DNA from: Candidatus Nanoarchaeia archaeon
GTDB lineage: Archaea; Nanobdellota; Nanobdellia; CSSed11-243R1
DNA length: 64,000 nucleotides
Reading direction: 5' to 3'
NCBI GenBank assembly: GCA_028713895.1
Contig: JAQTNH010000001.1
Location: 661,376-725,375 of the forward strand
The notes beneath the pieces are model-generated. The model did no database searches and had not been told where the DNA came from. It saw only the letters and a program-made list of their open reading frames with translations. Position 1 is the first letter of the stretch; each line of letters opens with the position of its first letter. The translations under genes were made by a program, and so were the position numbers. Of the stretch, positions 26,846-35,256 are shown in pieces.

Positions 26846-27421
26846 ATGAAACGAAAAGGTTTGAAGCTTGTTGAATACGAGATGTGGCGCTACCGCTATC
26901 TCGTGTTCTTTACGATAAGCATTATTGCAGCGATATTTGTACTGTCAAGCAGCCAGATAAGAGCTCTTATCTCAAGCGCTGGCACCTGGGGCTATGTCGG
27001 AGCATTTATTGTTGGGTCTTTTTACACATACAGCATAACATCTCCGCCTGCAGCAGCAGTATTCTTTGTGCTGGCACAGAGCATCAATCCATTTGTTGCA
27101 GCTGCGCTCGGAGGACTGGGCGCGATGTGCGGGGACCTAATCATCTTTAAGTTTATCAAAACGGACATCTTACCTGAAGCAAAGCTTCTTGCACATGATT
27201 TGAAAATTCCAAAAATAAAAAACCATAAACTCATACATTACATAAATGAAGCTGCGCCATTCATTGCAGGGTTCTTCTTTGCCATGCCGTTTCTTCCAGA
27301 CGAGATGGGCGCGACAATACTTGGAGCGATCAAATACAATACAAGAAAGTTCCTGCTTATCTCGTGGTTATCCAATTCTGCTGGACTTTTGTTAATTGCT
27401 TTGTTAGGGCAACTTTTTTAA
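26846..27421 (+). CDS. integral membrane protein
   Basis: Hydrophobic ORF with an uncertain start (the track gives 26825). No family recognised. Confidence 0.4.
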   Translation: MKRKGLKLVEYEMWRYRYLVFFTISIIAAIFVLSSSQIRALISSAGTWGYVGAFIVGSFYTYSITSPPAAAVFFVLAQSINPFVAAALGGLGAMCGDLIIFKFIKTDILPEAKLLAHDLKIPKIKNHKLIHYINEAAPFIAGFFFAMPFLPDEMGATILGAIKYNTRKFLLISWLSNSAGLLLIALLGQLF

Positions 27422-27446
27422 ACCAATTTGACATTGTTCTTTTTGT

Positions 27447-27572
27447 GCTCCTGTAGCTCAGTCAGAAGAGCGCGTGCTTGGTAAAGCCTTTCTTTTGCGA
27501 AAGAAAACCTTGGGAAAGAAAACCCAAAATCCGAAGAGCACGAGGTCGTGGGTGCAATTCCCACCGGGGGCT
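27447..27572 (+). tRNA. tRNA-Thr(GGU) with a canonical-position intron and atypical D and T loops
   Basis: Acceptor GCTCCTG/CGGGGGC (two G-U pairs), anticodon stem CGTGC/GCACG and loop TTGGTA-A. The intron is 27484-27536 (53 nt). The D loop AGTCAGAA lacks GG and the T loop is TGCAATT. Confidence 0.75.
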
Positions 27573-27594
27573 TTCAATAGATATAGGCTAAACA

Positions 27595-28104
27595 ATGAAA
27601 ATCAGACAAGCAACAGTTAGCGACTTGGACGGAATGGTAGAAGTTGATAGAAAAGCGTTTGGAGAGTATGGCTCTGAGAAAAAATATTTCATTAAAAAAT
27701 TGAGTTCTTTTCCTGGAGGCGTTTTAGTTTTTGAGGATGAAGGAAAGATAACAGGGTTCTTTGTTTTTGAGATACTGGCTAAAAATGATGTGCCTGAAGA
27801 TTTTTGTGATATAAAACTGAATGAGCCGATCAAGGGTAAATGGATGCATGCAGTTGCGTTTACAGGTCCAACTAACTACAAAGACAAGATATCTGAATCA
27901 AAGCTTCTTTTGGCTGGTGAAAAGATTGCAAAAGGGTTAGGTTGTGTTGAATCGTACGTTCCTTTGAGCAAAAATCATCCATTCAAAAAGAACGGTGTGT
28001 TCAAATTTTGGGAACTGAATAGCTACAAAAAAGTTGGGGAGATTAAGTGGAAATGCAGTGCAACCGAATTCATTGAATGCTTTTTGTACAAAAAAAGTTT
28101 TTAG
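27595..28104 (+). CDS. GNAT family acetyltransferase
   Basis: 169 aa with a GNAT-like layout. The acetyl-CoA motif is weaker than in 11015-11491. Confidence 0.6.
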   Translation: MKIRQATVSDLDGMVEVDRKAFGEYGSEKKYFIKKLSSFPGGVLVFEDEGKITGFFVFEILAKNDVPEDFCDIKLNEPIKGKWMHAVAFTGPTNYKDKISESKLLLAGEKIAKGLGCVESYVPLSKNHPFKKNGVFKFWELNSYKKVGEIKWKCSATEFIECFLYKKSF

Positions 28105-28114
28105 TAACCTCAGC

Positions 28115-28687
28115 TTATTTCTTAGCATCGTATTCCTTCGCTTTTTTGTGCAGTTCTTTACTTTGATAGAAAATGTTTTCGTCTTTGTCATAAACAAGGC
28201 CTGTCATCTTTGCAACTTTTTCAGGGTCTGTTCTATCCGATTCAAGTAGTGGTGTCGAATCCGTAATTTCTTTTAACGTAAGCATTCCCCATGTAACTGG
28301 CTGTTTCTTGAATCTGTGCGCAAGCTCAAGCGATTTTCTTTTTACTTCGTCAACTGTTGTTTCTTGGTTCACAGGAATGTATACATCAATAGTTTCTTTG
28401 TCCCTAAACCCGCCTAAACCTTTAGCAACCAAATCGTCAGCAATCTTTTTGTTTTCAGAGGAAAGACCTTGATAATCTATTTCGATAAATGCTCTGCCAT
28501 AAAGCCCGATATCTTTTTGGTTTGCTGAAGACTGGGTTGTTCGGATATTCTTGTCATAAAGCTCTTCGCAGGCAGGCAAAAGAGGTTTTTCTACGACCTT
28601 TTTGAGCTCACTTCGGTTATAGATAGTCGAGCCTGGCTGTGTTAGGGATCCAACTTCTGAAATCGTTTGGGGCTTCTTTTTTGCCAT
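28115..28687 (-). CDS. hypothetical protein
   Basis: I prefer the start at MAKKKPQ (28687). The track ORF extends to 28810. No motif recognised. Confidence 0.4.
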   Translation of the reverse strand: MAKKKPQTISEVGSLTQPGSTIYNRSELKKVVEKPLLPACEELYDKNIRTTQSSANQKDIGLYGRAFIEIDYQGLSSENKKIADDLVAKGLGGFRDKETIDVYIPVNQETTVDEVKRKSLELAHRFKKQPVTWGMLTLKEITDSTPLLESDRTDPEKVAKMTGLVYDKDENIFYQSKELHKKAKEYDAKK

Positions 28688-28828
28688 ACCTAGAACCAAG
28701 CAGGGTGGCTTATTAAAATTTTGGCAGGCTGGATTCACTTTCTTTTTGTGAAACATGGCATAAAAAACTTTTAAAATAGGAAGTTTCTTGGAAAAGGCAT
28801 TGTAAATCAAATGTCTGGAGGTATCAAT

Positions 28829-28918
28829 ATGTCAGACGATGAAGATTTTGGAGACGATGACACAGACGAAAACCCTGATGACGACAGCGGAGACGATAGT
28901 GGAGACGAGGGAGACTAA
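28829..28918 (+). CDS. 29-aa highly acidic peptide (putative)
   Basis: Not in the track. The sequence is MSDDEDFGDDDTDENPDDDSGDDSGDEGD, with a GGAGGT SD 7 nt upstream of the ATG. Confidence 0.3.
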   Translation: MSDDEDFGDDDTDENPDDDSGDDSGDEGD

Positions 28919-28966
28919 GCTCCAATGCAATGTTTTTTATTTTTTTCGTAATTCTAGTTCTTTAGC

Positions 28967-29971
28967 ATGGCAATGTTTTTTATAACCTGCGCTTCAGGAT
29001 TTGAGAAAGAGGCAAAAAGAGAGATTTTGGGTTTGCTGGATAGCAATGCAAAGGTTTCGATTCTTTTCATGAAAGGGCTTCTTCTGCTGGAAAGCGAGCA
29101 CGAAGATGCGCTGCAAATACTCGAAGCCGCGAATACTGTTTATCTTTCGCACATTTATCCTGTGCAGCAAAGACTTGAAATAACAAAAAGCAAGGATAAT
29201 GCCGAGAAAATAGCAGAAGCTGTTGAAAAGCTGAACGACATTTCTGAAAGCGAGACTTTTGCAATAGACTGCGAGCGAAGGGGGATGCACGACTTTTCAA
29301 GCAGGGATGTCATCTCAGCAGTTGCAGACAGGATAGACTCAAAAGTTGACTTGGACAAGCCAGCCACGACTGTTGTAATCCAAATTGTGCAGGATGTTTG
29401 CTTTGTAGGGATATGCAAATCAAAGGACATTATCATCAAAGTCATAACTGCAGGCAACAAGTACGAAGAACGCCCGCTTAACAGGGCAGAATTCAAGCTC
29501 AGGGAAGCGCTGGAAGAGTTTGGTGTCGAGCTCAAACCAGAGTGGAGAGCGCTAGATATAGGCGCAGCGCCAGGTGGCTGGACCAAGGTGCTGGCTGAAC
29601 AGGTGAAAGAGGTTGTTGCGGTAGACCCTGGAGAGCTTGCAGACGAAGTAAAAATCCTGAAGAATGTAAAACACATCAAAAAGCGCATTGAAAATGCAGG
29701 CAGAATCGGAAAGTTCGACATAATTGTGGATGACATGAACCTTGAGCCTGCAGAATCAGCCCATATAATGTGCGATTTAGCTAAACTTTTAAAAGGGCAT
29801 AGTTTTGCTATAATGACAATAAAGTTTGTTACGCGGAACCGAAACAAGCATATTGAGGGTGCAACAGGCATTCTTTCAAAATGCTATGAAATAAAGGCAA
29901 TCCAAAGGATGCGGCATAACAAATTTGAGACAACAATGTTCATGGTAAAAAGAGGTAATGAAGATGATTGA
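28967..29971 (+). CDS. THUMP-domain RNA methyltransferase with an FtsJ/RlmM-like SAM domain
   Basis: An N-terminal THUMP-like region is followed by the SAM motif LDIGAAPGGWT and a DPG motif. Confidence 0.55.
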   Translation: MAMFFITCASGFEKEAKREILGLLDSNAKVSILFMKGLLLLESEHEDALQILEAANTVYLSHIYPVQQRLEITKSKDNAEKIAEAVEKLNDISESETFAIDCERRGMHDFSSRDVISAVADRIDSKVDLDKPATTVVIQIVQDVCFVGICKSKDIIIKVITAGNKYEERPLNRAEFKLREALEEFGVELKPEWRALDIGAAPGGWTKVLAEQVKEVVAVDPGELADEVKILKNVKHIKKRIENAGRIGKFDIIVDDMNLEPAESAHIMCDLAKLLKGHSFAIMTIKFVTRNRNKHIEGATGILSKCYEIKAIQRMRHNKFETTMFMVKRGNEDD

Positions 29972-30245
29972 AGAAAAAGTGTTTTTCAGCGAGAAAAAAG
30001 CGTTTGCAGACAATGAGGTCCTTAAAATGAATGGATTTGAATACGAAGGAAATGCAGCGCTTGGCATGGAAAAAGACGGATTTTACGTCTTGATCAAGGC
30101 AGAAGACAAATGGTTCAAGCAGAAGGATGTAGTTGAAGCGCTTAAGGACTTAAAAGAAGTCACAGGCAAGGAAAAGGAAAAGGTCATCAAGAAATTCGCT
30201 GAGCTTACAGAAAATGCAGGCGCAGGAATCGCTTTGTTTGACTGA
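29958..30245 (+). CDS. hypothetical protein
   Basis: 95-aa ORF overlapping the preceding gene by 14 nt. Confidence 0.35.
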   Translation: MKMIEEKVFFSEKKAFADNEVLKMNGFEYEGNAALGMEKDGFYVLIKAEDKWFKQKDVVEALKDLKEVTGKEKEKVIKKFAELTENAGAGIALFD

Positions 30246-30282
30246 AACCTTTTTAAAAACAGTTTTATTTATTTTAATGTAT

Positions 30283-30442
30283 GCGCTGGTCGTACAGAAG
30301 TCGTTTTCGCTGAAAGAATGGCGGATAAGACTGTATTTTGGCAAGTATGAAAGCCTTCCAAGAGCTTTTCTTTCCGAAAGAAAACCTCGGAAAAGAAAGC
30401 CGACGATAGCTTTTGACCCGGGTTCAAATCCCGGCCGGCGCA
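30283..30442 (+). tRNA. tRNA-Gly(UCC) with two introns (D-loop and canonical)
   Basis: The exons align with the neighbouring intronless tRNA-Gly(CCC). Intron 1 is 30298-30338 (41 nt, in the D loop). Intron 2 is 30361-30407 (47 nt, at 37/38). The mature length of 72 nt matches the sibling. Confidence 0.8.
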
Positions 30443-30507
30443 TTTTTTATTTTTTTAACATGAACCGAAAAGGTTTTCTATATGTAATTTTTAGAAGAAT
30501 TTGTTAT

Positions 30508-30579
30508 GCGCTAATCGTATAGTGGTTAGTATGCGGCCTTCCCAAGGCTGTGACCCGGGTTCGAATCCCGGTTGGCGCA
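30508..30579 (+). tRNA. tRNA-Gly(CCC)
   Basis: Canonical 72-nt cloverleaf: GCGCTAA..TTGGCGC, anticodon loop TTCCCAA and T loop TTCGAAT. Confidence 0.95.
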
Positions 30580-30632
30580 TTATATTGGAAAACAATATTA
30601 ATGACTAAATTGTTTGATAATGAGGTGATATA

Positions 30633-30755
30633 ATGGCAGATTTGGTTTGCAAGAAATGCGGTAAATCCATAGATGTATTCGAACGGGAAAAAAATGAGGG
30701 AATGTGTAAAGACTGCTTTATGGCTGTAATCAACAAAAGAGTGCACCCTTTTTAA
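30633..30755 (+). CDS. small zinc-ribbon protein (40 aa)
   Basis: Not in the track. The sequence is MADLVCKKCGKSIDVFEREKNEGMCKDCFMAVINKRVHPF, with two CxxC pairs and a GAGGTGA SD upstream. Confidence 0.4.
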   Translation: MADLVCKKCGKSIDVFEREKNEGMCKDCFMAVINKRVHPF

Positions 30756-30794
30756 TAGAAAGTTTTATTATAGCCTAAAACGGTTGATTTCTTA

Positions 30795-31607
30795 ATGGAC
30801 GAAGTAGAATTAAAAAAGCCCGTGCTAGACGATAAATTTGCCGAGCTTAAAAAAATGTTTGATGAACACAAAAGAATCAGGAATTCTCTTATCGAAATTT
30901 TTGACAAGATCAGGGGCTATAAAGACGAAAAGAAGAAACTGGTTGAATTCATCAAAAAAACAAAGGAAGAACGAAACAAAGCCCAAAGCGTGGTGAAAGA
31001 GAAATTAGGGCAATTGAGAAATGTTTCGGAAAAAAAGAAGGAACTGAGCGAAATTGACGATTTTGCGCGTTTGTGCAAGCAGATAGACCAGATTGAGTGG
31101 AAAATCTGGACTGAATCCATGCCTTACAAGAAAGAAGAGGAGCTTGTCAAGATGCGCAAGGAGCTTGAAGCAAAGCTTGACAAAGCAAAAGAGAAAGAGA
31201 GCGTTTTCAGGAGCGAAAACGAAGCCCGAAACGAACTCGGCACGTTCATGCAGGAACAGAAGCTTCTGCACAGCTGCGTAATGAGATATGCCAAAGACTG
31301 GGAAGTTATTGATTCTGAGATGAAAAAGCTTTCATCCGGCATAGACGAAAAGAAAAAGAAGCTGTCTGAGCTGGATGCCAAAATAACAGCATTGAAGACA
31401 GAGATAGGGGCTGTAAAAGGCGATATGAAAAAGAGACATGCTGATGAGCGTGCGGAAAAAGACAAAGAATCCAAGGCATTTGCAACTTTTGCCGAGAAAA
31501 GATTAAGCCAAAAGATACAGGAAGTTAAAGAAAAGTTCAAGAAAAACAAAAAACTTACAACTGAGGACCTTATTGTTCTGAGCAAATCCGATGAAAACTT
31601 ATTTTAA
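30795..31607 (+). CDS. archaeal coiled-coil protein (COG1340-like)
   Basis: 270 aa, almost entirely K/E-rich heptad-like sequence. Confidence 0.45.
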   Translation: MDEVELKKPVLDDKFAELKKMFDEHKRIRNSLIEIFDKIRGYKDEKKKLVEFIKKTKEERNKAQSVVKEKLGQLRNVSEKKKELSEIDDFARLCKQIDQIEWKIWTESMPYKKEEELVKMRKELEAKLDKAKEKESVFRSENEARNELGTFMQEQKLLHSCVMRYAKDWEVIDSEMKKLSSGIDEKKKKLSELDAKITALKTEIGAVKGDMKKRHADERAEKDKESKAFATFAEKRLSQKIQEVKEKFKKNKKLTTEDLIVLSKSDENLF

Positions 31608-31716
31608 TAGTTTTGTTTCTTGGGTTTGGGTGTAATACCTGCATGTTTAGTTACAGAATCTTTATAAGACACGGTTGCATATACTACTGTGCAGGACAAA
31701 AAGGTGAAGTGTAAAC

Positions 31717-32457
31717 ATGGCAGACAAAATTGAAATAAAAATGAATGGTGCTATTCCTAAAAATGCAATAATCTTTGAAGGATTCCAGGGCATCGGGCTT
31801 GTTGCAACCCTTGCAGCGCAGTACATAGCTGACAGCACCAACGCAAGAGTAATAGGGCACATTTCATCATCTTCTTTTCCACCGATGGCGCTTCTTGTAA
31901 AAGGCGAAATCAAAAATCCGATGGTAGTATACCACTTTAAAAGAAACGGGCAAAATTATCTGATATTTGAATCAGAACTTCCGATACCGCACAAACTTAT
32001 TAATGACCTTGCAGAATCAATTGCTGAATTTGCAAAGAAAAACAAGGCGAAACAGATTGTATGCCTTGAGGGCATTGCAACAGCGCATCCCCCAAGCGAG
32101 TCAAATGTATTCGCATTTGCAACATCAAGGGTTCTCGACAAGAAGATAGGCACTAAAATCCCGATTTTGCAGAGCGGCATAATCGTGGGCATTTCAGCGG
32201 CACTGATGACACACGCGAAAGTTCTTAATGTGCCCTCAATATGCCTCATAGCGGAAGCCCATGCAGAGTTCCCAGACGGACTTGCTGCAGCGTCAATTGT
32301 AAAAAAAGTTAACATGCTTTACGGCCTTGATATTGATGTCGGTGACCTTGAGAAGGAATCAAAAAAACTTGAAGACCAGCTGATGTCAGTTATCGAAAAG
32401 GCAAAACAGGTGACAGAGTCCGAAACAAAGTCTCCTGGAAAAGTTTACATAGGATAG
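31717..32457 (+). CDS. PAC2-family proteasome assembly chaperone-like protein
   Basis: 246 aa with the motif FEGFQGIGLVATLAAQYI, typical of the archaeal PAC2/PbaA-like family. Confidence 0.55.
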   Translation: MADKIEIKMNGAIPKNAIIFEGFQGIGLVATLAAQYIADSTNARVIGHISSSSFPPMALLVKGEIKNPMVVYHFKRNGQNYLIFESELPIPHKLINDLAESIAEFAKKNKAKQIVCLEGIATAHPPSESNVFAFATSRVLDKKIGTKIPILQSGIIVGISAALMTHAKVLNVPSICLIAEAHAEFPDGLAAASIVKKVNMLYGLDIDVGDLEKESKKLEDQLMSVIEKAKQVTESETKSPGKVYIG

Positions 32458-32736
32458 GTGTCCAAAGTGGCTGCCAAAAAAATTAAAAAGAAACATTTGA
32501 AAAAGAAGACAACCACAAAGAAAGCAAAGAAAAAAGTAGTGAAAAAAGTCGTTAAAAAAACAGCAAAAAAAGAGAAAGCTGCTGAAAAGAAAGCCGGCGT
32601 TGCTGAGCCAGCAGAAGAGGTCAAAGACGAAGAGCTAAACGACTTTTTTGACGACGAATATCCAGAAGAAAGCGACTACGATTCGTTCCCAAAGGAAGAA
32701 AACAAACCCTTCCAGAAAGGATTCGAGGAAGAGTAA
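32458..32736 (+). CDS. bipolar Lys-rich / acidic small protein
   Basis: GTG start directly after the PAC2 stop. The N-terminal half is about 50% Lys and the C-terminal half is strongly acidic. Confidence 0.4.
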   Translation: MSKVAAKKIKKKHLKKKTTTKKAKKKVVKKVVKKTAKKEKAAEKKAGVAEPAEEVKDEELNDFFDDEYPEESDYDSFPKEENKPFQKGFEEE

Positions 32737-32774
32737 AATCTGGACTTGCAAACTTTGTTTTTAGGGGTTCGTAT

Positions 32775-33584
32775 CTAGAACCCGTAACCAATTTCTCTAA
32801 AAATTCGTTTCATGGCAAGCGAGTCCCTGTCCAGCAATGGAGATTCGCAGATAATTGCGCTGTCTATCTTTTCTTTTAGAATCTTTTCAGCCAAGGGTTT
32901 GAAGGGGGGCTTATTGACTGAAATGGGCTCATGATTGCGTTCATTTCCAAGTCCATCCTCCCTGACGCTGAAATTTATCCCAGAGAAATGAAAATGGTGC
33001 TCTTTCAGCTTCAGAGTGTTAAGTTTTTTGAAAATTGAATCATAATCAATATGCCCTGCATTGCGCGCATAATCGTGCGCGAAGTCAACAACAGGAACGC
33101 AGCCTTTTACCGCCTTGCACACAGCAACTATCTCGTCTATGTTCCCGAACTGCCCCTGCTTTCCTGTAAGTTCAAGCCCGAGCGGAACAGAAACATTTTT
33201 TGACGCCTCCTCGCACACAGAAATCATCTGCTCCATTGCAGCACCCTTTTGCATCTTCATATAAGCGCCCGGATGGAAAACAACAACCTTTGCGCCAAGC
33301 AGGTCTGCGCGCTTTGCTGATTCATAAATATTTGAAAGCGAGCGGTTCAGCTTTGCCTTGTCCTGCTGGAGAAGGTTTATGTAATACGGCGCATGTATGC
33401 TCAAGCGGATGCCGCCCTGTTTTGCCAGCTCGCCAATTCTCCTTGCGGTTTCAATGCCCATCTTTACGCCGTAAGTGAACTGAAGCTCCATTGCATTGAG
33501 CCCAAGCCCGGCAAGGTCTGTAATTGCGCTTAATGAACTTTTAGAATCAATAGGGGTTCCTGCAGGGCCCAGCCATAATTTCAT
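32775..33584 (-). CDS. nfo: endonuclease IV-like AP endonuclease (xylose-isomerase TIM barrel)
   Basis: Metal-ligand contexts HAPYYINL, FHPG, LE, DFAH and HFHFS follow the Nfo order. Confidence 0.7.
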   Translation of the reverse strand: MKLWLGPAGTPIDSKSSLSAITDLAGLGLNAMELQFTYGVKMGIETARRIGELAKQGGIRLSIHAPYYINLLQQDKAKLNRSLSNIYESAKRADLLGAKVVVFHPGAYMKMQKGAAMEQMISVCEEASKNVSVPLGLELTGKQGQFGNIDEIVAVCKAVKGCVPVVDFAHDYARNAGHIDYDSIFKKLNTLKLKEHHFHFSGINFSVREDGLGNERNHEPISVNKPPFKPLAEKILKEKIDSAIICESPLLDRDSLAMKRIFREIGYGF

Positions 33585-33994
33585 TCGATTACTACACCCT
33601 TACCTGTTTCTTCAAGGCTGCGCAGATAATCCATTATTTCTGTATTTATTGTTGTTGTGAAATACTTTAGAATCTGAGTCGGAAGCACCCATGCAAACTG
33701 GGAATACACCTTTGAGTTGGTTACGAACCCCCTTTGATATTTTGATTCGTAATAATACTCCTCTATCTTGAAGTTCTCAGAAGGCACGCATTTCAGGAAA
33801 AATTTTCCAGGGTCAACCTGCAGTCCGAATTCACTGAATACGTTTTTAACGAGTACGCGCGGAGATTCGTTCTCCTTTAGCATAACATATGGAAAAGTCC
33901 ATTCCATCTTCGGGACAAGCGCGTCAGTATACCTTAATTTTGCAATGAGAACACGCGCATCTTTGTACACGATTGCCTTTGCTATTTTTATCAT
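33581..33994 (-). CDS. Nudix-fold-like protein with a degenerate Nudix box
   Basis: 137 aa. The segment FPYVMLKENESPRVLVKNVFSEFGL only loosely fits Gx5Ex7REUxEExGU. It overlaps nfo by 4 nt. Confidence 0.35.
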   Translation of the reverse strand: MIKIAKAIVYKDARVLIAKLRYTDALVPKMEWTFPYVMLKENESPRVLVKNVFSEFGLQVDPGKFFLKCVPSENFKIEEYYYESKYQRGFVTNSKVYSQFAWVLPTQILKYFTTTINTEIMDYLRSLEETGKGVVIE

Positions 33995-34046
33995 AATCCT
34001 AATTTAATCAGCAAGACTTAATAAGCTTTTACGCTTTCGTTTAGCC

Positions 34047-34652
34047 ATGATTAAAGGACTTATATTTGATATCGGAGATATCCTTTATGACATCCCCCTA
34101 AAGTACAAATATATCTCGCCGTTTATGATTAAAATAGGGGTAGAACAAATCCTGTTCAAGATAACTTCTTTCATGGTAAAACTGGGTTTTTACAAAAAAC
34201 AATACACTGAGAATGACATTGAAAAGCTCAGAAAAAAAATCAAGCCCAGAGAGGGCGTTATTGACACATTAAAAGCGCTTAAAAAACGAAAAATCAAAAT
34301 TGTGCTTCTTACAGACACAATCCAGTCCCCTGAAAAAGTGAACAGCAGGCTTGAGGCTCTTGGCGTGCTGGGCTATATAGATTGTGTTGTGTGCTCAAGC
34401 CAGATAGGCACTTACAAACCGCACAAAGAAGCGTATGATGCTGCTGTTAAGGCGACAAAAGCAAAACAAAACGAGGTTATGTTTGTAGGGCACGCAAAAG
34501 ATGAGCTTGAAGGAGCCTCCAAAGCAGGGCTGCGGACAATCGGATACAACATGGACAGGGGAGCCACATCAGACTGCTATGCTGAACGTTTTTCAGATAT
34601 AATTTCGGTGATAGGTGAGTTGAATGCTAAAAGGCGTCATAACAGACATTGA
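34047..34652 (+). CDS. HAD-superfamily hydrolase
   Basis: Motif I FDIGD, motif II TD, and the C-terminal GHAKDELEGA. Confidence 0.65.
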   Translation: MIKGLIFDIGDILYDIPLKYKYISPFMIKIGVEQILFKITSFMVKLGFYKKQYTENDIEKLRKKIKPREGVIDTLKALKKRKIKIVLLTDTIQSPEKVNSRLEALGVLGYIDCVVCSSQIGTYKPHKEAYDAAVKATKAKQNEVMFVGHAKDELEGASKAGLRTIGYNMDRGATSDCYAERFSDIISVIGELNAKRRHNRH

Positions 34653-35256
34653 CCAGACACTAATAAATTCACGGCAAATGCACGAGGCTTCGCTTAATCA
34701 TGCGCTTGAGATGAACGGCTTCCCAAAAATAAGGGAATGGGTTTACGGGATAACCTCGGAAGATTTGTTGCGGCTGAATTTTCCAAGGATGAATGAAGAA
34801 ACCGTTGCAAAAGTCGCTTACCTCAAAAAGATGAAGCTCCAAAATTATTTCAGGCTGATGAAAAAGGTAAATGGCGCGAATGAGCTTCTGAGATTCATAA
34901 GAGATAACAACCTAAAGCTATGCCTTGTAACAAACAATTCACAAAACGAAATAACCCACCTGCTGAAACACCTGAAATGGGAAAAAATGTTTAATGCAAC
35001 TGTCGGAAAGGAGGATGGAAAACCCAAACCAAGCCCTGAGCCCACCATAACCGGGCTAAAGAAACTGCAGCTGCATAAAAACGAGGTTGTCTATCTGGGC
35101 GATGCAAATGTTGACATTGAATCCGCACATGGCGCAGGCGTAAAAGTAATAATATCCCAGGCTGTTCATAATACTGCAGATGCTGACAAGGCAGACTATG
35201 TTGTAGCATCACTTAAGGCGGCAAAAAAATTAATTGGTGAGCTGATGAAGATATGA
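34624..35256 (+). CDS. HAD-superfamily phosphatase (phosphoglycolate phosphatase-like)
   Basis: Motifs ITDIDQTL, VTNN and GKPKP...YLGDANVDIESA. Confidence 0.7.
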   Translation: MLKGVITDIDQTLINSRQMHEASLNHALEMNGFPKIREWVYGITSEDLLRLNFPRMNEETVAKVAYLKKMKLQNYFRLMKKVNGANELLRFIRDNNLKLCLVTNNSQNEITHLLKHLKWEKMFNATVGKEDGKPKPSPEPTITGLKKLQLHKNEVVYLGDANVDIESAHGAGVKVIISQAVHNTADADKADYVVASLKAAKKLIGELMKI

